Shown: positions 13,631-27,470 of the stretch, one piece after another | How the letters are laid out: every line of letters begins with the position of its first letter | Position numbering within the stretch: the first letter of the stretch is position 1 | Source: Octopus sinensis | Lineage: Eukaryota | Assembly: GCF_006345805.1 (NCBI RefSeq) | Contig: NC_043007.1 | Coordinates: 31,062,001 to 31,126,000, forward strand | Direction of reading: 5' to 3' | Length of the DNA: 64,000 nucleotides | The notes under the pieces: generated by a model | Told to the model about the DNA's origin: nothing | Databases searched by the model: none | What the model saw: only the letters and a program-made list of their open reading frames with translations | Position numbers and translations under genes: made by a program

Positions 13631-14059
13631 AGAAACATGCCACAACAGACAATTGGAATCTGGACAGCTCCCCAGTTGGCCCGCTCCTATCAAACCATCC
13701 AACCCATGCCAGTATGGAAAACGGATGTTGATGATGGTGATGATGGTGATGATGACAATGTGTTTCATTCAATTTGCTATTCTGATAAACTATCAATATG
13801 TCAACATAGTAGTTCTCTCAGTATCTTCAGTAGCGTTGGTCAGGGGGATGCAGTGGCACAACTAACCCCCAAGCAACACCTTTTATGTAGGTGGCACTTT
13901 AAGATCTGCTCTATAAGCCTGCATAGGCTGTAATGGCACAGGAGGGGCAGCAAACTTAAGGGTTGTCCCAGCTGCACACATACTCTAGCAATTAAATGAG
14001 TTCTTTCAAGCCATCATCATTGTCATCATCATCATCATCATCATTATTATTATTATTAT

Positions 14060-14520
14060 TGAGTGAAAGAGGGCAGCACATACATCACGACTAAATGTAC
14101 ATGACACAGTGATCTCAGCAAGATAAACAACACATCATGTTGCAGGTAGGGTCCAATTTTCTTCTGATCGAGTAACCCATCCCACTCAAAAAGTCCCTGA
14201 ATAAGGGTTGTTTAAAGATGTTGAACAAAACACCCAGGTTTCCAGAGGTGAATTATCCAAACCCTAAAGAATCCCTCTCAACACATGGCTATGATGCTCC
14301 CCCACTACTTCTGCTCGTGATCAGAGATTCACATATCGTCAGCCACTAAAGGACATGCCCAACTGGTTAAGGTCATGTAACTAGCAAATCTGTGGTACTA
14401 AACAGAATATTTTTTGTAGCCCATCTTTTATACCAAGACAAAACAATGTACATGATAACACTGCCAATCAGTTAAGATCAGAAGCCACGAGAACCACTGC
14501 CTGGTGTTGCATCAGGGTAT
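14060..14520 (-). mobile_element. Interspersed element embedded in an (ATT/ATC)n microsatellite
   Basis: Non-coding 460 bp bounded on both sides by trinucleotide tracts; family not identified. Confidence 0.45.
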
Positions 14521-14537
14521 TTATTATTATTATTATA

Positions 14538-14570
<33 letters not shown>

Positions 14571-15125
14571 GCATTCTGTCAGTCTTTACGTTCTGAGTTC
14601 AAATTCTGCCGAGGCTAACTTTGCTTTTCATCTTTTCAGGGTCAATGAAATAAGTACCAGTTACGCACTGGGGGTCGATCTAATCAACTAGCCCCTCCCC
14701 CAACTTTTCAGGCTTTGTGGTTATTGTAGAAAGGAATATTATTATTATTATTATTATTAAAGTGGCAAGCTGGCAGAATCTTTAGCATGCCAGGTGAAAT
14801 GCTTAGCAATATTTCATCTGCTGCTACATTCTGAGTTCAAATTCTGCCAAGGTCGACTTTGCCTTTCACCCTTTCAGAGTCAATAAATAAAGTACCAGTC
14901 AAACACTGGGGTCGAAGTAATCGACTGGTCTCCTCCCCCAAAAGGATTGTTGTTATCATCATCATCATCATTATTATTATTATTCCAGGCTTGCATAATA
15001 ATCATGGTTTTAAACAATTTTTTTCTTTTTGTTGTAGCCACAGAATTTTTTTTTTAAATGAGGACATAATTGAAATTTAAATTGCGAAGAAGTAACTGAA
15101 ATTCCATATTGTCTATCTTTTGCAG

Positions 15126-15248
15126 CCTTCTTCTCCTGACATTTTCACTGGTTCCAACCAGAACCAAACCAGTGCCATTCGGATATACATTCCTACTTAT
15201 CTTTATCGAGGCCATGGTTCGGACACTCATTATGAGTATGAAGTCAAG
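15126..15248 (+). CDS. KIF16B: KIF16B-like exon, start of PX domain (PSSPDIFTGSNQNQTSAIRIYIPTYLYRGHGSDTHYEYEVK)
   Basis: ctttttgcAG / GTaagt, 123 nt phase 0-0. IYIPTYLYRGHGSDTHYEYEVK matches KIF16B ISIPRYVLCGQGKDAHFEFEVK. Confidence 0.92.
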
Positions 15249-15302
15249 GTAAGTTCCTACATGTAATTACATTTTATAACAGTTTCCAAAAAAAATCTAA
15301 GT

Positions 15303-15712
15303 TTAACCCTTTTGACGCCAAGATGCCTGGAGCTATCCTTAGTTCTAAACCATTCTGTTTTAACTCATTTTAACCCACTGTCCTCATTTGAGGACAGTTG
15401 TATTTGGTTTGTTTGCTGCAATAACGGTTAACTGGACACTTCCATACGTTTGTTATCCCTCCCATGCTAGCATGGAAAGTGGACGCTAAACGATGATGAT
15501 GATGATGATCTTCAAAATTTCGACAGGGTTAACCTGGGTTAAAATGGGTTAATGTGATCTAAATTTTTAAAATCTTTCATTTTCATTTCATATTCCTTTG
15601 TTCCAAACACCAACTAAATAATGACATAATTATTTTACCAAATTTTTCATTATTTTCAAAATTAATTAAAACAAAATTAATTAAAGCAGGAATATGAAAA
15701 CAAAAGGGTTAA
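15303..15712. mobile_element. piggyBac-like MITE with an internal insertion, 55 bp downstream of a KIF16B donor
   Basis: TTAA-CCCTTTTG ... CAAAAGGG-TTAA. Confidence 0.65.
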
Positions 15713-17327
15713 ACAACTGATTGAATCGCTCAGGAAGTAAAACACTTTGTTTTTGCTTAATTACTAGAATTTAAATTTATTATTCCAAACACATTGTTTG
15801 TATTCTTTGTTACAGAAATACCATTTTATTTATAATTATGCTTCTATGCACCATGACTCCATAATGATACATTGTCTCGAGATAAATAACACAGTATTGC
15901 ATGTTCTAATCGCCACGTTAAGTTGGAGATCAAGATTACCTTTGTATTTCTAATTTTTTTTACTTATTAAATTTTACTTGTTTCAGTAACTCAGTGAACA
16001 AAAAGGCACCTATAGATGCACACAATGTATGGCTGAGTTGTGCAATAAGCATCCTACCTCTATACCTATTTTTACTTTATTTAATTTGTCTTTTATTTGT
16101 TCCAGTCTTCAGACTGTGACCATGAAAAGGCACCACCTTGAAGGGCTAGAAAAATAAAAAGGAATTAAAAGAAAAAATTTAACAGAATCTTTAGGAAATT
16201 TTCCCCAAAGAATATAAAACAGAAATGTTAGACAGGTGGAGTTCATTTGACACAATGTGTCAATATATATTAATTTTTATGCTATATATATAAAAAATAT
16301 ATATAGCCTATATATATGTATATAAAACACTTCCAAAAATAGGTGCAGGAGTGGCTGTGTTTAGTCCTACTGCATGGCACTTTAGGCAAGTGTCTTCTAC
16401 TATAGCCTTGGGCTGACCAAAGCCTTGTGAGTGGATTTGGTAGACGGAAACTGAAAGAAGCTCATCGTATATATGTACATATATTTATTTATGTCTATAT
16501 AAACATATATATATGTTTATGTCCCCCATAGCTTAGTGGTTCAGAATTGCCAATATGGCCAGGGGAAAAATGTTTTCAATTTAGTTGTATTTAGCATAAT
16601 TTCACTTAGATTTTATTTAAGTTTCATTAAATAAAAATAATTTCTGTTTAACAGGTAGAAAGTTATTAAATTACGAAGTGTTTGTGTTGTTTATGATAAA
16701 CTTTATTTTACATTTCTTGGCCACAAGAGATTATGTCCGATCTTTAGCATATTGTTGTATGTCTTCTCAAATCAGGATCACAGGAAAAGTTATTGATAAG
16801 AGTTATCAACAAAAACAAAGCTGATAAGGGTTGCAAAATAAGTTTACTTACCAATAAACATTAGTTTGGATGACACTTTACTCAACCCACAGAGGAAGGT
16901 GCCTGATCAAACTGATTATGTAAACAGAATACATGTGTGTGTGTGTGTGTATATTTTGATTTTTGATTTTTCCAGTTTCAGCTAATGAGCTGTGGCCATG
17001 CTGGGGCACTGCTATATATATAGAATAAAATACAAAATGGGACAAGAACGCAAAACATCCGGACAACTAAGTTATACAAAAAGGGACAACAAAACATCCA
17101 GACAGACGATACAAAAAAACAAGCCTTTTATCTTCAGTCAAGAACCGGATCATCCTTGCAATTTCGGTTGATTAATCTTGAGATTGCTCCAATCTGGCCA
17201 GCCCCAAGGAAAAACTAAGCTAAGAGCATTAGATTCCTTGGAAAAAGCATTGAATGTATAAGAAAACAAGGATGGAAAAACAGACGATGTTACACGAATA
17301 TAAATACAAAAATACAATGAAAATAAC

Positions 17328-17361
<34 letters not shown>

Positions 17362-17959
17362 GGCGTCTTTCGACTGGGGACAAATTGAATTCAGCTGGCA
17401 TGTATGGAAATGAAGCCTTTCGGCAGATTCAATTTGTCCCCAATATACACACACACATATACATGTTATCTTTTACTGGTTTCAGTCCAGGGCTGAGGTC
17501 ATGCTGGTGCACTACCTGTAGTTACTCGGTGTTGAAACCATGGACTAAATGGAGAGAGAGCACACATGAGGAAAGAAAGTGTCGCTGAAGAGGTCACAGA
17601 TGTGTGGTGAAAGACTTCAGTACAATGGACATGAGTTAGAATAAGAAGAGTAATAAACAAGTGAAGAACAAATATATATTGTGGATGTGTTTGTTTGACA
17701 AAGAAAAAGGAATAACCATCCTGAAATACAATATATATTTGCTTATTTCAATTATTTAACCATAAAAGCTGTGGCCTCCTGTGGTCCAAGATCTGTTTAA
17801 CATAACAGGATGTGGTGGTGACATATTTTCCTGTTTGTTCTTGTTCCAAGAAGCCGTATGCAATCACCTCACTATGAAATAGAGTGAGGGGGAGGGAAGG
17901 AAAAGCTTTGAAATATTGAGGGAGCCTCCAATGACATTACCGTTTCTCTGTTTGCACAC

Positions 17960-18380
17960 TCCTTCAATTCGTAATCCCTGCAATAAACTCGTGTTCCATT
18001 ACTTAAATACATACATAAATGCACGCATATATATATATATACATAAATACACACATGCATGCACACACATATACATACATACGCACATACATACATGTAT
18101 ACATGCATACACACAAACATACAGGCACATACATATGCATGCATGCATACACACATATATACATACATACTTACATACACACATGTATAAATTCATACAC
18201 ACATACATACACACAAACATAGAGGAATATACACATACACATGCATGCATACACACACATACATACATACACATGCACACATACACACAATGCATGCATA
18301 CATACACATGTACATGTATACATTCATACACACAAACATACACACACACACACACATACATGCAAATACATATGCACTCA
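17960..18380. repeat. Compound (CA)/(CATA)/(TA) microsatellite
   Basis: Low-complexity tract; source of the His/Thr/Tyr- and Val/Cys/Met-rich ORFs. Confidence 0.95.
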
Positions 18381-18708
18381 TACATGGTGGAGGTGTGTGG
18401 CTTAGTGGTTAGGGTGTTGGACTCATGATTGTAAGATTGTGGTTTCAAATCCTGGACCAGGCAGTGTGTTGTGTTCTTGAGCAAAACACTTCATTTCATG
18501 TGGCTCCAGTCCGCTCAGCTGGCAAAAATGAGTGACCCTGTGACAGACCAGCGTCTTGCCCAAGTGGGGAATTTATATGCCATGGAAACGGGGAAACTGG
18601 CCCCTATGACTCAGTGTGACTCAAGAGGATAACTTTATTTTTACCTTTTTTTTACATACATACATACACACACATGCACACATATGCGAGCACACACACA
18701 TACATACT

Positions 18709-18742
<34 letters not shown>

Positions 18743-19109
18743 CACATTCATACATACATACATGCATACATTCATACATGTGCACACATACATACACAAC
18801 CACTAATTTGTTTCTCTTACTATGTAAGATCATCATCATCATCACCATCGTTGTTTAACGTCTGCTTTCCATGCTGGCCTGGGTTGGATGGTTTGACTGA
18901 GGACTGGCAAACCAGGAGGCTGCACCAGGCTCCAGCCTATGTTGCAAAGAGGCATACGAGTATTGTGTAAATTTTATAATTGAAAAAATTGACTATATTT
19001 CGTACATACGAGTATATCAGCCTGCAGATATAATAAAATGGGCCTGTGGGCAGGGGCTTCCCCACTCCTGGGGTACAGCATTTCATTGTGCTAGTCATAG
19101 CTGCTGTTT

Positions 19110-19675
19110 ATATATATAATATATAATGAAATTATTGTATACAGTGCTCAGGTGCACCACAACTTGTCAGAAAGTGCATATAAAGTACATGCAGTAATGT
19201 AGAAATGTCTGGAAAGTGAACATGCTTGTGTGTGTATGGAGGGGAGAAAATCAAGTGTAGTGTTGGCGAATCTCAGGAAGCATGGAAGTTTTGAAGGATG
19301 CAGTGCTCCAACAACTAACAACCGATGCCGGCAGTTTGTTCAATGCTTCAGCAACTCTCAGCGTGAAAAAATGTTTCCTGAAGTCATGGGAGCTGTGCTA
19401 TTTTCTTACTTTGTAAATATGTCCACGGGTGTTAGATGGGTGGAGTTTGAAGAGGTGCTCAGAGTTATTGTTTGTGCGATGGTTGATAATTTTATGGGTG
19501 TCTGCCAAGTCAGCTGCCAGACGTCAGAGTTTCAATGTGTCCATGCCCAGGGAAGTAAGGCGTTGAGGATATGGCAAATGCCTGATGGAGGGTATTCTTT
19601 TGGTTGCACGTCGCTGAACAGCTTCCAGACGATTGATATCCTGGGCAAGATAGGGGTTTAATTCCAGGTTGACCC
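19110..19675 (-). mobile_element. CR1/L2-clade LINE 3' fragment, second copy
   Basis: Homologous to 10484-11020 (NPYLAQDINRLEAVQRRATKRIPSIRHLPY); frameshifted. Confidence 0.88.
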
Positions 19676-21794
19676 AAATCCCTTCCCACCACTTTCTTGG
19701 ATACAATGAAACCAGGAGCACCTCATTTGACATGATCTTCTTTTCTCGGGTATACTCAAGGCAGATGTGGCTGCTGTTTCTAGTCGGTCAGGCAGTTTGA
19801 TCTCCTATATTCTGACACAGAAATTCTTTTATAACTGTTCTCTCTCTCTTTCAACTCTAAAATGTTTGCTCCATTTACCTACAGTCCAATGTACATTATG
19901 CTACTAATCTTTGGCTAATCAAATATAACAAAATACCTGCACTGATCTGTGTGACTAAGCAAGTGTCTTCTAATTCATACAAGCATGACTGAATATAAAT
20001 TATGTTGAAGATGGTGGCAGCAACAGAGAGAGAGAGGGGGAGGGGAAAGCCCCTATATAGTAACTCAATCTACTAGAAATAGAAGTCGAATCTCTCATAA
20101 ATCATACTTTATTTTCTTAAGAAAAGAACACATGTAATGTTGACCATGATAGACTTTGCTGTAAAAGAAGGAGGGATGGTCATTGCTGTAAGGTGTATTT
20201 GATCATAGATCAACTTGATCGCAGGTGGTGGTGGCGGCGGTATGGGGCCATGTGCTGTAGCATGGTGGTATGCGGCGAGCTGGCAGAAACGTTAGCACGC
20301 CGGGCGAAATGCGTAGCCGTATTTCATCTGTTGTTACGTTCTGAGTTCAAATTCCGCTGAGGTCAACTTTGCCTTTCATCCTTTCGGGGGCGATTAAATA
20401 AGTACCAGTTACGCATTGGGATTGATGTAATCGACTCCATCCGTTTGTCTGTCCTTGTTTGTCCCCTCTGTGTTTAGCCCTTTGTGGGTAGTAAAGAAAT
20501 AGGTATGGGGCCATGTGGTTAAGAAGGAAGCTTCTTGCCACACAGCCATGCCTGCACAAGGCCAGCAATTTTGAGGTGAGAGAGAAGCCAATGACATCAA
20601 CCCCAATGCTTAAAAAGTACTTATTTTATCAACCCCTAAAGAATGAAAGCCGACCTCGGCTGTATTTGAACTCAGAACTTAAAGAGCCAAAAGACTAATG
20701 ATTCTACCAGCTCACCACCCTGACTAGCTTCCAAATTCATAACCTTAATTTAACATTTTCTTCCTTTCTATAAATTTGTAGTCTTATACAAAATTAAGAA
20801 ATCCTTCTGAAATATTTTGAGATGAAATAATTGACTTGATGTCCTGCTATGATAATCCAGACAGAAAAAGATTAAAGCTGTAATACAAACCATAATTTTT
20901 TACACTCGTCGTCATAAATGAAACATAAACTCTTGACCCCAATATGGAGCTAAAGCAAATTTTCACAAAAGCCTCTTGTTTTCAGCTTTCGAAGCTGTCA
21001 TCTGAACTACAAAAGAAGAGGTTGAAGTTGAATAGTCGTAAACAGAGCTGACGTAGAGGCCCCTGAGCAACTCTGTGATGTCTTTATTACGTCAGGTCTC
21101 AAGGTGACTTTCTAATGTCGGCAGGAAAATAGCAAGATATGTGGGTAGTTGTGACAAGTCAATGCAACTGATAAATCGGCTCCGAACGTTGCTAAGGAAC
21201 TAACTGTTTAGTATGATTTACACCTGTGTGTTGTAAGTATTTTGGATTGTGATAAGTCTTGTTATCTTGAAACTATGACTTTTATGAGAGTACAGGTCCT
21301 TAGCTGTTTTAGTATGACTAGTACACTAGTAATAGAAATGTGTCAGGATGGGTCGCAAAGATAAGGATAACCAGCTGAGACTACTGCGGTTGATGTGTTT
21401 GAAATGTTACTAATTACAAAGTGGAAGTACACTTTGGACAACCTCCTCAGCCTTGGTTGAGCAGGTCTTTAGCCAAGTGCATCCCACCCATGGCCATCCC
21501 ATTTTTTATTCATGTATTGTTTCTTTATGGAGTGCGTACTTCCTTTTTCTTTTTAAAATGGTAGGGTGTGATTTTGAGGAAGATCTGGCTATCAATTCCT
21601 GCTGGTCTGTTTACTTGCAAGTTCTGGTGTGGGAGGTGTCAGTGGGTGGGGTAAGAGGAAGAGAACCAGTTTCTGTTGTTGACAGCATTTCAAAGGAGGC
21701 GTTGAACAAACTGAAACAGAGATCAGTTATAGTATGAATGGAAAAACACAGGGAATACATATCATGTACACGTGTGGGTGTGTGTGTGTGTGTA

Positions 21795-23322
21795 TACAGG
21801 GTGTCCCAGAAAAATTTACTCATTAGGCGGCAAGCTGGCAGAAACGTTAGCATGCCAGGCGAAATGCTTAGCGGTATTTCGCTTGCGGTTACGTTCTGAG
21901 TTCAAATTCCACCGAGGTCGACTTTGCCCTTCATCCTTTCGGGGTCGATAAATTAAGTACCAGTTACGCACTGGGGTCGATGTAATCGACTTAATCCCTT
22001 TGTCTGCCTTTATTTGTCCTCTCTGTGTTTAGCCCCTTGTGGGTAGTAAAGAAATAAGAAAACTTTACCCATTGATGTTTCTTAATTATTCAAAGAGAAC
22101 TTCAGGTAGGAGAATGAAATTTGGCAGTCCATTACAGTAACTACCTTTCAAAATTACTGCCTTTCACCTTGATAATGTCCTGCAAACAAGTGGTCACTGA
22201 TTTGCACCTGTGCCTTACCACCACTTCATCCAACTTGACCCACAAAGCTTTCTTCAGACCTGACACATTTGAATAGGGGTGAGCAGAAACATTACTCTCT
22301 AAGAGAGACCAAAGTCCATGGGATTGATGTCTGGACTTGATGGAGGCCATATCGTCTTGTCTTCAAAACCGCTGAATGCTCTTTGCACCACCTTTGTGTC
22401 AAATTAGATGTATATATTTCTTTATTGCCCACAAGGGGCTAAACATAGAGGGGACAAACAAGGACAGACAAAGGGATTAAGTCGATTACATCGACCCCAG
22501 TGCGAAACTGGCACTTTATTTATCGACCCTGAAAGGATAGAAGGTAAAGTCGACCTCGGCAGAATTTGAACTCAGAACGTAATGATGGGCGAAATACCGC
22601 TAAGCATTTCGTCCAGCATGCTAAAGGTTCTATCAGAGCCCCATCTTCAGTGAAGATGTAACAGTGCTTCAAGGTTTCTTTGACCCTGGATAACTCTTTC
22701 TCATCCATCATTTCCACATAAACTTCACTGTTGACCTCGACACCAACATCAAAGAGGACTTAGATCCATCAGATGCAACTGCGGACATTACCATGAGTGA
22801 AGCTGGCTTGTGGTGGCATAAATGACCCCTGCTATCTTCGGCAAAGTCTCCTGCATTATGTGCATAAAACCTATCATTCTGTCTCTTGGTGACTACCTCC
22901 ACAGTAAAGATCTTTTCGTTGGACCAAATCAACACTTTGTTACCTGTGTGCTTCATCTCAGCCAACATGGTTTCACCCGTCAAGCTGTTTCTTCTTGGAA
23001 GCTGCTGAAATTAACTGCCAGGATTGTTTCTTGTATGCAGTTAGCGTTAAATCCTTTTTAAAAATCTTGTGCATTGACAGTTTCAAAATCCCAAGAGCTT
23101 TTGCAGTTTTTCTTGTACTCCTGTGTGAAGATTTCGGTTCATTCATTTCTTCACATCTTCAACAGTTTGTTTGGTACAAATTGATCATTTCCTACCAGGA
23201 ATAGTGGTAGGAGCAGAATCCATATATCTTTTCCAGGTATCGGACACTGTTTTAGAGTCCACACTCAACTTTTTAGTTCTGTCCTTGTTGCTCACTCCCG
23301 CTATCTTCAAAGCAACAATCTG
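21795..23322 (-). mobile_element. Tc1/mariner-superfamily transposon remnant (maT/DD37D-like), interrupted by two SINEs
   Basis: Fragments LIWSNEKIFTVE..QNDRFYA...KPASLMVMSAVASDGSKS and LWSLLESNVSAHP..NVSGLKKAL...IIKVKGSNFE; one TIR TA-CAGGGTGTCCCAG at 21795; stops and frameshifts. Confidence 0.8.
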
Positions 23323-23466
23323 GTGAGGGTTAGTGACAGGAATGGCAGCCAGCTATAGAAAATCTACCTCAACAAATTCCATCTGACCTAAGCAAGCATG
23401 TGAAAGTAATATGCAATGATTGCTTTATATAAAAAGACATTTTTCTTTTTTCTTTTTTAATTACAG

Positions 23467-23556
23467 ATATGTGTGAAAGATGAGACCTGGTCAGTGTTTA
23501 GGCGTTACAGCCGCTTTCGACAGCTACATACTGATATGAAGATCCAGTATGCTGAG
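23467..23556 (+). CDS. KIF16B: KIF16B-like PX exon (ICVKDETWSVFRRYSRFRQLHTDMKIQYAE)
   Basis: ttacAG / GTaaga, 90 nt phase 0-0. Contains the PX signature WxVFRRYSRFRxLH. Confidence 0.96.
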
Positions 23557-26044
23557 GTAAGACTTAACATAATTATATTATCAATGAGTCACCAGTATCA
23601 ATAATAAAAGATTATATATATACATCTACATCAAAGGCCTTGAGCCGCAGTTGCATATAATTAATCTATTTTTATTATATTCACAATAAAAAGCTGTGAG
23701 TTGACAGAATCATTAGAGACCTGAAACAATTACCGTGTAGCATTTTTTCCAGTTTTTTTACACTCTGAGACTAATTGGCATTGAGGTTGACTTTGTTGTT
23801 CTTCTGGGGATTGAGCCCAGAATCACATGACAGGAAAGGTGAGGTGTTTAACCCCCACAGCCATGCCTGCACCTGTATAGAAAGGACTATGTTATCTGAC
23901 AGAGAGGCAGAAACAGGTGTCTTGCTATAAACAGAGGGGTCATTGGAGGAGGTGATCATTAGATGTTTTTCATTCTATGCTGCTCTTCCAAATCTCAGTC
24001 ATACACAAGACACAGGTTTAGTTGTGTGGTTTAGTTGTCACCACCCCCACCACCACCACATTATTCTGGTTCAATTTCACTTTGAGCATTTGACTTCTAT
24101 AATCTCGGGTTGACCGTTACCATTACCTTGTGAGTGAAATCTGACAGAAACCTAGTACTCCAGCATGGTCGGAGTCCAATGACTGAAGCCAGTAAAATAG
24201 GAATAAAAGAAAATAATCGTCAATGGGAATCGTATGTAAGTCCTCGTTGTCATCTAACCGTGAACTCTTTTGTAAGAGCTTCAAAGACTAGAACAAAGAA
24301 GCCGAGAATAGCTAATTGCTCATATGTTCATTAGATATATCCATTAATTTGAAGGAAATGTTCAATTTCATATATTTTCTTGTAGCATACATAATGTCGG
24401 ACCTCTTCTGCATGTTAAGTAGGCTTGCAAAGTTGATAGTAGTTTTTTTTTTGTATTTTCAGACTTTTTTTAACATGACTAATAGTAAATCTGTGTGAAT
24501 AATAAGATCCTTGTAGGGCAATTCATGTTCACGTTAAGAAAGGAGTCTCTCAAGCGGAAATACTGAGAAGTCTCATTAAGATTTCAACCCATAAATAAAC
24601 TCATGCATAAAAGATTAGATTAAGTTTGATATTCTTTTACTTGTTTCAGTCATTTGACTGCGGCCATACTGGAGCACCGCCTTTAGTCGAGCAAATCGAC
24701 CCCCAGGACTTCTTCTTTGTAAGCCTAGTACTTGTTCTGTCAGTCTCTTTTGCCGAACCGCTAAGTGACGGGGACGTAAACACACCAGCATCGGTTGTCA
24801 AGCGATGTTGGGGGGACAAACACAGACACGCAAACACACACACACACACATATATACATATATATGACGAGCTTCTTTCAGTTTCCATCTACCAAATCCA
24901 CTCACAAGGCTTTGGTTGGCCCGAGGCTATAGTAGAAGACACTTGCCCAAGGTGCCAGACAGTGAGATTGAACCTGGAACCATGTGGCTGGTAAGCAAGC
25001 TACTTACCACACAGCCACTCCTACACCTATATTGGTGACTATTTTCTTTCTATGGTCAAATGCAGGATTTCTTTAGTAAATTGATGAGAAAACCTGAACT
25101 ACTTGCTCATGCAAGGGTCTCTGAAATAAATTGATTTAGTTGTTAGGGTCTTAAGTTCAACCGTAAGGCAGTAGGTTTGATTCCTGGGCCAGACAAAGCA
25201 TTATGTTCTTAAGCAAGGTACTTCATTTTAGGTTACTCCAGTTCACTTGGCTGAAAATGAACATCAGCTGCCACAGCTTGGTCAAACTTTGCAATGAGTT
25301 GGTGTCCCATCCACAAGTGACCTTCCAAGAGAAAGGGTTGTGACTAGCCAATGCTTTATATCAGTGGTTCCAAAAGTGAGCAATACTGTTCCCCTGGGGG
25401 CAGTGTAAAGATCCAGGGTGTGAGTGGGAGCATTGAGGAAAAGTGGGATAACGATGGGGTGGCCAAAATAATGGGTTAATTAGGTTAAGTTTTATTTGTG
25501 AATTACAGTTGTTTTGAAATTTGCACAGAAAATGGTCTCTGTTTGTGGTGGTGAGTTAGGGGTGGGGGTGCTAGGAATGTGGCCTGGGTGCCAAGGGGGT
25601 GGCTGTCTGAAAAAGTTTGAGAACCACTGGCTACCATGATAGCCCATGTACTCATAGAAACATACACACATAAATACATACATACATATATATAGAGAGA
25701 GAGAAAGGGAGAGAGAGAGAGGTGGTCAATGCCAGTTCTGCCTGACTGGCACCTGTGCTAGTGGCACATAGAAAGCACCATTCAAGCATGGTCAATGCCA
25801 GTGCTGCTTGACTGGCTCCCTTACCACTGGTATGTAAAAAGCAGCATTTGAGCATGGTTGATGCCAGTGCCACCTGAATGACTCCCATGCCGGTGGCACG
25901 TAAAAAGCACCCACTGCACTCTCAGAATGGTTGGCATTAGGAAGGGCATCCAGCTGTAGAAACCTTGCCATTTCAGATTGGAATATTCAATAGAAGGGAA
26001 GACAGAGGATGAAAATCACCAAGGATTCACATGTGGTTACATTT

Positions 26045-26089
<45 letters not shown>

Positions 26090-26834
26090 CACATACACAC
26101 ATATAAGTTTTTTATTCTCTCTTTGTTTATTTTCTCTTATAACTTTCTGTTGAAGAGCATAGGCTCAAAACATAAAAGACTTTCTCACTTTCAGGAGTGT
26201 CAGACTAATACACCTGCTTGTTTATACACCTGTTTTGTCTTTTGTTTTTCTGTATATTTATGTGTATATATATATAGATCTCTTTGTGCATGTATGTATG
26301 TAACCATATATATATGTGTGTGTATGTGTGTATGTATGTTTATGTGTGTATATGTATGTTTGCATGGTGGAGTGTATATGTCTATGTATGTATATGTATA
26401 TATATAATTTCTGTGTATAGTGAACTAAAAAAAAATCACTCTTTTGAAAACATCTAGAATTTCAAGCAAAATAGTTAACCACATCCTACTGCAATTACAG
26501 CTTTTACTAAGAAAGTCAAACAACAACATCTGGTTTTTCAATTAAAACCTTGACCAATTCAAATGCAAATATTCTTTTTCCTTTCTCTTCTTTTTCCTCC
26601 CCCACCTTAGAAGGCCACTAAGTATTAAACAAACAAGTCTGACCATACAAAAGCCACACCTCTTTACTTCCCACTCCTTCTCAAAATTTTTTTTTTCTTC
26701 TTTCTTCTCTCTTGCTTGGCAAACCCCAGAAAATTCTTTATAAAAAGGTCAAGAAATCTAAATTTGAACCATTTTTTGATAAATCCCATAAAGGAAGAAA
26801 GCACTAAAAATGTAAGTAAGATGTATGTGTGGTA

Positions 26835-27470
26835 AGTCGCTTCCTTACCAACCACATGGTTCCGGGTTCAGTCCCACTGCGTGGCACCCTGGGTAAGTGT
26901 CTTCTACTATAGCCTCGGGCCAACCAAAGCCTTGTGAGTGGATTTGGTAGACGGAAATTGAAAGAAGCCTGTCGTATATATATGTGTATATATATATATA
27001 TCTATATGTATGTGTGTGTTTGTGTGTCTGTTTGTTACCCCCAACATCACTTGACAACTGATGCTGGTGTGTTTACGTCCCCTTCACTTAGCGGTTCAGC
27101 TAAAGAGACCGATAGAATAAGTACTAGGCTGCCAAAGAATAAGTCCTGGGGTCGATTTGCCCGACTAAAAAGGCGGTGCTCCAGCATGACCGCAGCCCAT
27201 CGTGTGTATGTGTATGTATGTGTGTGTGTGTGTGTCTGTATACATATGTATGTGTGTGTGTATATGTTTGTGTGTCTGTGTTTGTCCCCACCCAACATCG
27301 CTTGACAACCAATGTCTTTGTGTTTACGTCCCCATAACTTAGCGGTTCAGCAAAAGAGACCGATAGAATAAGTACTAGGCTTACAAAGAATAAGTCTTGG
27401 GGTCAATTTACTCGACTAAAGGCTGTGCTCCAGCATGGCCGCAGTCAAATGACTGAAACAAGTAAAAGAG
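26835..27470 (+). mobile_element. SINE family 1 with a tandemly duplicated 3' half
   Basis: Segment TTGACAAC...CCAGCATG..CGCAG occurs twice (about 27040-27195 and 27290-27450), separated by a (TG/TA) tract. Confidence 0.8.

Noticed and set aside
17015-17360. Hammerhead in a PLE-like terminal fragment (minus CTGAAGA near 17135)
   Set aside because: The core half is present but no downstream stem II or GAAA follows; truncated.
17872-18484. Long ORFs of 100-170 aa
   Set aside because: Translations of CA/TA microsatellite; the same applies to 18616-18970, 26123-26407, 32848-33246 and 62715-63376.
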